From Asterias rubens (Eukaryota): a DNA stretch of 64,000 nucleotides. The translations under genes and the position numbers were made by a program. The notes beneath the pieces were generated by a model. That model saw only the letters and a program-made list of their open reading frames with translations. It was not told the DNA's origin and did no database searches. This document shows, piece by piece, positions 1 to 9,637 of this stretch (the stretch's first letter is position 1; every line of letters begins with the position of its first letter). Location: contig NC_047071.1 of the NCBI RefSeq assembly GCF_902459465.1, positions 4,092,001 to 4,156,000 of the forward strand, read 5' to 3'.

Positions 1-254
1 ATGTTTGAAAAAATAAAAATTTTATTTCCAGGCGACTTTAACTTAGTTCTTGACGAGCAGAAGCTTGGTGAAAGTTGAGCTTTTAGTTGGAACTTTACAA
101 ATGGCGCCATCATAATGTGATAAGCTCGAATTAAGCTGGGTCCAAATGCCTGGCTCTGTTTACTGTGCTTTACAGAGCCTGTGAAGCACATAATTCTATA
201 AGCGCAGAACTCCGCGATAAGCACAGCCATGAAATTGGACCCATACGTACTCAC

Positions 255-2151
255 CTCTACATCCTCGGTAAGCTGTGCCATCATGTATGCCATCAACGCT
301 GCATTGCCTCCTATGCTATACTGTTATATTAAATAAGAACAAATTGTCAGGATGAAGACACTGTTAGAGAGACCAATGGGAGACTTTCTGGGACAATAGA
401 GGGCAGCAGACTTACCGGGTAAATCCATTGTTCTCAGAATTATGCGCATGTTCAGAACTACGTAAACAATGGAAATTTACCCGGTATGTCTGCTGCCACC
501 TAGCGTTGGAAAGTCTCCTATTAATAACTCTCTCTGTGGCCGTGAAGTTAATAACCTCACCATGCAATGTTTTAAACCCCACATCATAACAATAATCTTG
601 TAGGTACATTTTCTGTCGGGTGATGAGAAGCAAAAAACAAAATACAAATCACCATGGCACTATTGACACCTCATCTTAAAGGCAGTGGACACTATTGGTA
701 GTTACTCAAAAAATTTATTGGCATAAATCCTTTCTTGGTGACGTCACGAGTAATGGGGAGAGGTTGATGGTATAAAACATTGTGAGAAACGGCTCACTCT
801 GAAGTGCCAAAGTTTTCGAGAAAGAAGTAATTTTCCACGGATTTGATTTCGAGACCTCAGGTTTATAACTTGAGGTCTCAAAATCAACCATCTAAACGCA
901 CCAAACTTCGTGTGACAAGGGTGTTTTTTTTCTTTCATTATTATCTCGCAGGTTTGATGACCAATTGAGCTCAAATTTTCACAGGTTTGTTATTTTATGC
1001 ATAATGTTGAGATACACCAACTGCGAAGGCTAGTCTGTGACAATTGCCAATAGTGTCCACTGCCTTTAAGATGAATCTTAGAGAAATCAGCCCCTGATTC
1101 TTGACCATACCTCTTTGACCTCCAGCTTGTCTGCAGCCTCTATAACAGTATCAAACACATCACCAACGGCAAAATACCTCTCCGCCGCAGCACCAGATGC
1201 AAAGAAATTACCAAAGCTTTCTTGTAGATCGGTCAGTGAGTTGAGTAAGGCATGATCTTCGGTTGCACCTTGCTTGATGTTGAGTTTGTCCAGCAAAGCT
1301 GTAGCTGAGACTATCAGATCAGCATTGATGTTTAATCTGTGATTTAACGATGATTAATAAGTAACTGAACATTGTGGTTTGTGGTTCATTGCACCACCAG
1401 TTATATGCTAATTAAGGGGATTACAATATAGGGGAGCAGAGTTAATGAACCATTGGATTAGATAAGTTTAGATTAGAAAATAGAATTAGCTGTTGCAAAC
1501 AAATTACCAACCAAATGGACCGAGAGTATCAATGCAAAAAATAGTTAATGGCCTGACGTTTCGACCCTAGCAGAGTCTTTCTCGAAGGCTAAATGACAAC
1601 ACAACAAACATGAACAGGTAACTAAGTGAAACAAAAGCAGTGAAGTGGAAATACATGAATGGGGTTAGAGAGCATACATAAAAAAGCAGGGGGTAAACAA
1701 TGAATAGGGGGACAAAAAGGGGGGGGGGTGAAAGGAAGGGACTGGCTTGACCACAAGCAAGAAGATGAAAACACAAAGGACAACATCAAGGGTGGGGATT
1801 AGATTAGATTAGATTACATAATGAGCTGATTAGCAGTTAATCATATCCTAACACTAGGATAGATTACTGCATCTTGCTAAACATCTTGCTAATATCTTGC
1901 AATCAGCATGGATGCTTCTTCCTCCATGCAATCAGGGAGAAATTGAAAAAACCTGACACGCAAGGTCTGTCCGTTAATTTCAAAGTAAACATTGTGACAA
2001 CCTTACCCGACAGCAACACGTTTAACTCTCTTGGCAGGATCTTGAATACCAGTAGACCATCCATGGATGACTTGTGTCTCGGCCGACGAGGTGTCATGTA
2101 GAGAGAGGTTGTAGTCATACAAATAAGCAACTGCTATAATCAATACTGATG
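255..2151 (-). CDS. ADPGK: ADP-dependent glucokinase, partial (three coding exons; gene continues past the window start; start-codon exon not located)
   Basis: Minus-strand exons 2151-2007, 1336-1111 and 320-255, all AG/GT-bounded and phase-compatible. They translate as (A)SVLIIAVAYLYDYNLSLHDTSSAETQVIHGWSTGIQDPAKRVKRVAVG-LNINADLIVSATALLDKLNIKQGATEDHALLNSLTDLQESFGNFFASGAAAERYFAVGDVFDTVIEAADKLEVKE-YSIGGNAALMAYMMAQLTEDVE. This matches recalled ADPGK motifs RRVAVGVNACVD, GAAAERFF and HYVGGNAAL, plus an N-terminal hydrophobic anchor. Confidence 0.92.
375..522. mobile_element. Palindromic MITE-like element in ADPGK intron
   Basis: Arms AATGGGAGACTTT..GCAGCAGACTTACCGGGTAAATCCATTGTT and AACAATGGAAATTTACCCGGTATGTCTGCTGC..AAAGTCTCCTATT are inverted repeats. 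Confidence 0.65.
680..1065. mobile_element. Kolobok-type (T2-like) MITE, family 1
   Basis: TTAA|AGGCAGTGGACACTATTGG...CCAATAGTGTCCACTGCCT|TTAA: terminal inverted repeats (TIRs), TTAA TSD and RR termini. About 380 bp; the same sequence recurs across the window. Confidence 0.85.
1534..1590 (-). ncRNA. Penelope-type minimal hammerhead-ribozyme-like motif (variant core)
   Basis: Minus strand reads AGCCT-TCGAGAAA-GACTCT-GCT-AGGGTC-GAAAC-GTC-AGGC-CATTAACTATTTTTTGC, identical over 57 nt to 37278-37334. Confidence 0.6.
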
Positions 2152-2515
2152 CTATTCAAAATTAAAAAAAAGGAATCTAGCCCCCAAGTTACGTGGTCTA
2201 ATTAAGACCCATAGTATAGAAGATTAAGAACTAGAGGGCGCACTGGTGATGCTGCTTGCATATACAAATGCAACGGGACCACAACTCATGGAGACATAGG
2301 CACCATTTTATATGAGCGTTTGAATATAATTAAGTACACTTGGTATTTGGAGAGTGTGTGTTGATAACGCTACACGATGCTGTTTTGTCAACTTGCGAAA
2401 TGGCCACACACCGGGCCATGTGAACACAAGCTACGCCTATATGGCTATGCGATGCTGTTTTGTCAATTTACAAAATGGCCGCATGAGCGCATGCCGGGCC
2501 GCATATTAGGCCTAG

Positions 2516-2676
2516 GGTGTGTTTAGGCAACCCCAACCAAAGTCCAACCGAGTCTTAATCGGTTATCGATTGGCATGGTCTGAACCCCATCGTCACAGCG
2601 CTCAACCGAACACGCAAAAATACTCAACCGATGGATGACCAATGTTTCTGGTTGGGGTCGCCAACAAAATGCACCC
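2516..2676. mobile_element. Small MITE with imperfect TIRs
   Basis: GGGTGTGTTTAGGCAACCCCAACC ... GGTTGGGGTCGCCAACAAAATGCACCC. Confidence 0.45.
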
Positions 2677-3315
2677 TAGTGTAGTTGCGATAACGTAACC
2701 CTCCTCCCGACGGCCGCCAGGCCGGAGGGTTACGAGATAGGTTCGAGCGGCAATGGTTAATCTGGTCCCAACACGTACAATTTCGACAGCTAGCCACCAG
2801 ATTTGCCCCATTTTTACCACTTTCAAAAATCATGACACAAATTCTGAGGGTACGAACTTAATCCGCAATGTCTAATGCAGCCTGCCATATTACTCAAAAC
2901 ACCATTTAGGAAATATATCGAAGAAAAATGGACAAAAAATTACCAGATCCCGGAGCGAATTCCCAGGTTCATATTTTGAACCTGTCGCATCAAACACATT
3001 ATTTTGTTGTTGGGCTAAACCATTCTGTAAAAGGGGTGTTACAATGTTGCAGTGCTGCAGTGCTGCAGTGCGTGCGCGCCATCATGAGTGAATGGCGTGC
3101 AATGCAAACGGACAGCGCACAATGTTGCAGTGCGTGTGCGTGCTGTCCGTTTGCATTGCACGCCGTTCACTCAACATGGCGCGCAAATCTGGTGACTAGC
3201 TAGTACAGTAGCTGTCGAAATTGTACGTGTTGGACCAGATTAATGGTTGCCGCTCGAACCTATCTCGTAACCCTCCGGCCGTCGGGAGGAGGGTTACGTT
3301 ATCGCAACTACTCTA
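2677..3315. mobile_element. Non-autonomous DNA transposon with ~120-bp TIRs
   Basis: 2677-2795 (TAGTGTAGTTGCGATAACGTAACCCTCCTCCCGACGG...CGACAGCTA) is the near-perfect reverse complement of ~3205-3315. TAG...CTA ends. Confidence 0.75.
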
Positions 3316-4102
3316 TCTAGTGGGTCCTCTAGTTTTATATTATAATTATAACTCTATGTTTTGACCCCTCTGCCTACCCACAATGCATTGCGGTTCTGAA
3401 TCGCGATAAAAGATAAACCTTTGACCTTCAATCAACAAGGTAATTAATAATGTTGACCTGCCGAGTGAGCGCAGCGCAGTGACAGTGTTTGCTTACCTTC
3501 CTTGCGATCAATTCTAGTTTGGGATTCCCTCGTGAAGAGATGGTAGTTTGTACCCACAGAAATGGCGAAAGTTCTGCCCAAAAAGTGAAGAAATTATGAA
3601 CAAGTTCAAAGTTCCAGAACTGAGGTTGAGCTGAGCTGCTAGCTAGCTGAGTGGTCTTCGTGTTGACATGTATGACATCATGTGGACTGTGTTTTTAATT
3701 ATTGCACCAACACAAAAATGAGGGCGCTATGCTGGTTTAACGGTGGTATTTTGTTTGCCGGTGAAAAATTAAACACTAAACTTGAGCCTCCAGCAAAAGT
3801 GTTCGTCAAAAACCATATACAAACGTCATTCAATATGCAGTCACCTTTCGGCGACTGGAAAAGACCAAAAAACACAAACAACAACAAAAACAAATGAATA
3901 TTCATTTCAGGTGATCAAAATTGTTGACATTTAATTACAAGCCATCCAAATGGAGTGGTCCCGAAAATGCTGTCAAGTGAAAATTCTTTGTAAGACGAAA
4001 TGCCGTAACTTGACGGTAGTTGACGAAAATTTGCGGGGAAAATATAAACGCACTTTGACGACCGGCGGCGGTCTGGTACAAAGTTCAAAGTTGAACATCA
4101 TC

Positions 4103-7100
4103 ATGGCGGACTCCAGTAATCAACGCAACGAGGCGACGAATGGAGGCCAGATTGCGATGGAACTGAACTGTTTAAAAGGCGACTGGGGTATACCTTCTGT
4201 AGACAGAAAGTGCCTGAATATTTTGGTATGAAAATATCACTCATCTGGTTTTAAATATAGATTATTCAACACAGAGCAATCAACCGCACATGCACACACA
4301 CAGTGACAGTGTGACTGTGGTGAGTGAATGGGACGAAAAACGCTGGCATTATTTATTAAGCGCATAAAATACATTCAATTCACCCGTGCTGCTCTACGGA
4401 CCCGGTGCAAAGTGTCCGGGAAAAGTTTCCGTATGGCGCCACCACTTTTTTCATTCTACCTCACTCGATCAAACAACAATGAAAACAAAAAAAAGAGAAT
4501 TCCCTTTTTGTAAAAATTTGTGAAAATGGGGGTACCAATGAAAAAGTGGTGGCACCATACGGAAAGTTATCAAAAAAATGGATTAGCATCAAATGAGATA
4601 TTCATTGGGTAAAAATGAATTAAAAAGTGGTGGCAGGATAGTTTCCGTATGGCGTCACCACTTTTTCATTCGGTATGATTTATGAAATAATATAGTCTTG
4701 GATATAGTATCTAATTTACCTCAAACTCAATGACTATCCCTTTTTGTAAAAAAGAGTAAAAAATGGGGGGCGCCATACAGAAAGTTATGGGAATCTAATC
4801 TAAAGTAAAGATAGATTTATTTGTTTTGTTTTTTTGACAGACATATGGACAGTTTGCAGGTGCATCCCTGAAAGTAAACAAGAATGGAAATTTGTGGAGA
4901 AATCCGTCAGGTATAGCCATCAATTCTTTTCATTCAACTTATTTTTTTGTTCGTTGTCTTTTCCTTCTTCTGTTCTTGTTTTAATATACATAAAGTGTGA
5001 TCACAGTCGACTCACATTATTAGTTTCCTCCGTCAGGCCATTTCCCAGTTTTCCGAGCTGCCCAAGAGGTCCTGAAGTCAGACACTCAAGTTATAAAGTA
5101 CTTCCAAGACAACCAGTTGGATCTAGATGAGGAATTGACGGACCAACAGAGGGCAGATGTCCTGGCGTTTCAGGCATTGATGGAAGAGAAATTTCTACCT
5201 GGATTGGTAAGGTTTAAAAACCATTTTACTGTATGACCTTTCATATGATTATGGTTTTACCCAGAGGCCATGTACGCTGGTGCCCTGGTCTTGGCCTTGG
5301 TGCCCCTGCAAACATTTTCTGTAGTCTTTACATTTTATCAATGAAAGTGCCCTGTGCAAAATGACAGTGGCCTTGCCCTCTCTAGGATAACTCGCGGCTT
5401 GAATAATGTACTTCTTATGCAGCATGCAATTTAAAGTTTTCATCAATTAGAGGATAGCAATGAATAAACATCCAAAAATCTTGTTTACAGCTTCATGTGT
5501 GGTGGATAGATGCTAAAAACTATGTCGAGTTTACGAGGCCTTGGTACGCAAAAGCTCTCCAATTCCCTTTGAATTACTTCATCCCTGGACGATGGCATCG
5601 AGAAGCGGAGCTAAGAGTGGAGGAGACAAGGGGAGGCAGCCACATGGAGCCACAAGAAGTCACTAACAGAGTAAGTGTTGAAAAGACACAGAAAACAGGA
5701 ATGAGAAATTTCACACTTTTAGCTGAATTCAGATTTTTTTTTTTAGTGTACCTCAAAAACAGAAAATGCTGTATTTTTTCTCCAAATAAAAACAAGTCAT
5801 GTTCTTTGATCTACCTCTCTTGTGCTGAGGACACTGCTCCCAGAAGCTCCTAGGAATCTAGATGCATTTATAACAAACGGTTACAAATGCTTTTCAAAGA
5901 CCAACTTGACCGATCCAAGGCAACGTATTCCTTTAATGAACCTCGTAAGATCTTGATCCAAGTTCCAGACTTCTTTGTCATCACTGACTCTTATCCCTGA
6001 CATGTGCTTAGATTTTAAACTTAATTATAAAACTCAGTGATTTTGAACTGTCCCATTTTTGTCAAGGTTCTCCTTTTTTCAAAACTGGGGGCATTCTGGA
6101 TCTGCATTTTTTAGATTTGGCCGAAGGATGCTGAATTGAAACAAAGTCTTTGGAATGTTTTCTACTTTGTGTTTATCTTTGTGTTAAAAGCCCTACTTGG
6201 CAATCTGGATCATTCTATATGACTTCTCTTGATTTTTTTGTGAAATTGTTTCTTATTATTATTGTTTATTTTGCGGTATCAGCCGAAATTTGTACGTATT
6301 AGCATGCAAATTGCGTCATCTGCTCGATACGCTTATGTAGCTTGTGCATGTGGAGAAAGTCTCTGTTGAAAACTCATTTTTTGTTTAAAGCTGCTTTTTT
6401 GTATCATTCTCTCTTTGTATTTTTAATGTTCTCTTTATGCGCTTAGAGGCTTTTTGCATTAGGCGCTTTACAAACGTCTTGTTATTATTATTTGTCTTTG
6501 ATCAACTTCTTATGATGTTGAGTTCTTCCTTCTCTATTGATAGGTATGCAGTGATGCTAAGGAATGTTTGAATCTTCTCTCTGTCAGACTTGGAGAAGAA
6601 GACTTCTTCTTTGGTAAAGTGTAAGTAACAGAGTTGTAAGAGATGAACAAATTCAATTTGGGAAGTGGAGGTCTTAACTGAGTTGCTAATGCATACTACA
6701 ATACTTATCATCACAGCTGTGGATTTCACAAAGAGGTAGGACTAGTCTTATCTCGAGTTAGGACCAGTTACTCGTCCTAACTTAGGACTATCCATGCAAT
6801 TTGTATAACTCCTAGGACTAGTCCTAAGTTAGGACTAGTCCTAAGTTAGGACTAGTCCTAAGTTAGGACTAGTCCTAAGTTAGGACTAGTCCTAACTCTT
6901 TGTGAAATCGACCGCTGGTCAATAAACCTTTTGCGAGTTAGATTTATATAATGTGTGGTACAATGACTTGCTCAGTTGCAATTGACTGCCTTAATTTGAA
7001 TTCCTGCGACTAATGACAGTTGCTGTAGCATATAAATAAATAAATAAAAGTAATAAAATAATGCAATTTCAAATTAATCAGCAAAGTGTATTATTGTGTT

Positions 7101-7940
7101 TCAGACCTACATCTTTAGATGCTTTGATATTTAGCTACATTGCTCCATTACTACGAGCACCACTCCCTAGCAACCAACTTCAGATGCATCTTAAAGGAGC
7201 AGACAACCTTTGTAGCTTCTGCTCTCGTATCTTGTTGAGGTACTTCCCTGAGGAACCCCAAGGTAAAATCAAATTGTTGTATTTTTTTTAGTAAATAGAG
7301 TTGTTAATTTTGGTTTTACTGTATGTTCAGTACTTTCCCGAGCTTTGAGAAGAATTAACAGGCATACTATTCGGTTGGGACTGAACCCACGACCAAAATT
7401 GCCCGGTAGCTAGAGGCAGCTCGAATCCTATATTTGAGCAGCCAATCGAACTGCCTCTAGCTACAAGGCAATCTCGGTGGTCTAGTACATCTGATAGATC
7501 TATTCTTTAAAAAAAAAATTCCAGTAAAATTTTGAGCCGGTAAAATATTTGAGGATTTGAGATTTGTGGTCTTGTGGAGTTTTACCTTGATTTTGATCCC
7601 TATTTTGGGTTGGTCAATTTTGTCTGTATACACACAACCCAAACAGTGCACTCCTATAGTGTCCTAGTTATCTCAAAGTTGTTGCGCTGGCATCAGTGAT
7701 CTCCAAATTTGTTTCTTCATTTTACCCACAGGTACCCAGCAATCTACCCCCAAGACGTCAACGGACGATTCCTTTGACGACCCGCACAAGAGACGCAATC
7801 AGGTGCTGGCTGCTCTATTTGCATTGACAGCCATGGTTAGCTATGCACTCATGAATGGTCTGGTCAGATTACAGATAACGGACTCTAGTGATGGAGGAAT
7901 CGAACTTGAATATGAAGAGGAAGACGATAAACCAAATTAG
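4103..7940 (+). CDS. MTX1: Metaxin-1-like mitochondrial outer-membrane (SAM complex) protein, 328 aa
   Basis: Exons 4103-4225, 4841-4910, 5037-5206, 5491-5670, 6544-6620, 7105-7262 and 7732-7940 (987 nt, all GT-AG, in frame). Motifs: MELNCLKGDWGIPSVD, WWIDAKNYVEFTRPWYAKALQFPLNYFIPGR, DAKECLNLLSVRLGEEDFFFG, PTSLDALIFSY, and a C-terminal anchor KRRNQVLAALFALTAMVSYALMNGLV. The anchor is typical of metaxin-1 rather than metaxin-2 or -3. Confidence 0.93.
4420..4790. mobile_element. Two tandem MITE copies in MTX1 intron 1
   Basis: TIR GTTTCCGTATGGCGCCACCACTTTTT / AAAAAGTGGTGGCACCATACGGAAAG at ~4424-4570, repeated more degenerately at ~4638-4790. Confidence 0.65.
6717..6915. mobile_element. Harbinger-like MITE with internal 17-bp tandem array
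   Basis: TIR GTGGATTTCACAAAGAG / CTCTTTGTGAAATCGAC; five copies of TAGGACTAGTCCTAAGT at 6813-6896; sister copy at 46990-47127. Confidence 0.7.
7305..7395 (-). mobile_element. SINE fragment (B-box plus body), same family as 53062-53180
   Basis: Reverse complement GGTCGTGGGTTCAGTCCCAACC...AGCTCGGGAAAGTACTGA...AAAACCAAAATT matches 53062-53180. Confidence 0.55.
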
Positions 7941-8076
7941 AATATGGAGACGAAAAACATTTGACACAACCCTAACCCACGATCTATCCCAAGGTTTTGT
8001 TTGAGATAGATCCTGTACCCAAAACCACCTGAATATTGAGACAAGGTACACCAACTGCCTTATACCTTATGGAGGG

Positions 8077-8211
8077 TAAGGCCGTGTCAGAAACGGCGAC
8101 TTCGGCTACAGCTACGGCTAGATCGCGCGCGTCTGCCTATTCTTCAACACTGACAGACGCGCTGATCTAGACGTAGCTGTAGCCGAAGTCGTCGTTTCGG
8201 ACACGGTCTTA
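8077..8211. mobile_element. Tourist/Harbinger-like MITE
   Basis: TAA-GGCCGTGTCAGAAACGGCGACTTCGGCTACAGCTAC ... GTAGCTGTAGCCGAAGTCGTCGTTTCGGACACGGTC-TTA. Confidence 0.75.
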
Positions 8212-9637
8212 CTGTCAGCTAAAAGTGCTTCCATTTGTGAGCATAAAGAGATTTTAGATAAAACTGTAACAAGTTGCTTTCAAATTGCAACCTATCATAA
8301 AACTAAACAGCTTTTAAAAGGTGTACTTGTCTTGAGCAATTCAGTGTATAAAACTCTGACTTTTGACCGGCTGTAAGCAACAACTGTTGCTGTCATTTGC
8401 CAGTGATGGCCAATTCAACCGAAACAATTATTGGTCACGACCGCGAACATTATATTGACAATTTATTCTTAAATAAGCTTATAAACTAGGACCCTGCTAC
8501 TGTCAGTGAGTTGTCCCGCCCAACTACCTCTCGCCATGAAGTCCAAGAGGATAAAACTTGAATGAAAAATGTAATAATTTTGAGGACGTGTATTTGGACG
8601 AAAAACATTTGTGTTTTTTTTTCTTTCTAATTGATAATTCTGTTAAAACGCATAGCAAGACGTCCCATCTGGGCCAGATAAATGTATACTTCTCATGTTG
8701 TGTTTCCTGAACATTAAAACAAATTTGGAATCAAATTTCAAATTAATTTAATATCAAAGTGGTCTGTGTTTTTCTCAATGATATGAACACCCTGCTGGTC
8801 GAGTAACTGTTACTTTCTTTTTGTACGTTATGTTATTGGATACCTTACTCCCTTCCAGTGATGGTTATTCGCCTAAAATGTCCCAAGATGTGGGTGACGT
8901 TTTAAGGACACTTGAACGATGGGCCATTATTAAGCTGTTCAGCTATTGTATTGTGTTGTCTTACACACAAAGAACAAAAGGAAAACTGAAATCCTAAATG
9001 ACGCCCGCCCAAGCCCCTCCCTCAACTGCTGTCCCTTAATCAACATATTCCATTCTAGACCGAGCTGAGACCTCAAGAAAAGGCGTACATTGTAACAATT
9101 TTGCCCTATTGTGAACTGGGGATCGTTTACTTTCAACTTGAGGTAGTTTGGATGACATAAGCTCTGAAAAGATATGTTTCTATTTGCCGGGAGGTGCAGG
9201 GATATTTTTTAAGATTAATGCTCGGACGTTTGTAAAATTAAAACAGGTACTTTATTTGAATTGTGAATAACTTACTGGGCACTGAGACTTTCCATGTTAA
9301 ATTGAACAGAGGATTGAAGGTCAAGAGGCAATGAATAAATCTCTTTTTACTTTATTTTTCTTCTTTACTCTATTTTGTCGTGTATTTTTGAATATTTGTT
9401 TGTTTGCACTGTATGCTTTGGGTGCACCACCCAGAACCCGCCCACTTTCAATGCACTATTGCTGCAGTACGCCCTCAATCGACACTTGTGAACCAGCATT
9501 TTGTGAACATCAAATACTACATAATACATGTAATATCGTACGTGCACTTCTGCACGTAGATCAACACTGTTTACTGTCATCGGAACTCCAAATTTAGTTG
9601 TTGTTTTTTGGTAAGAAGAGAATGTGAATTAACAACA

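Noticed and set aside
6813-6896. 17-bp direct repeats resembling a CRISPR array
   Set aside because: The repeats are contiguous with no spacers, lie inside a MITE in a eukaryotic intron, and have no cas genes nearby.
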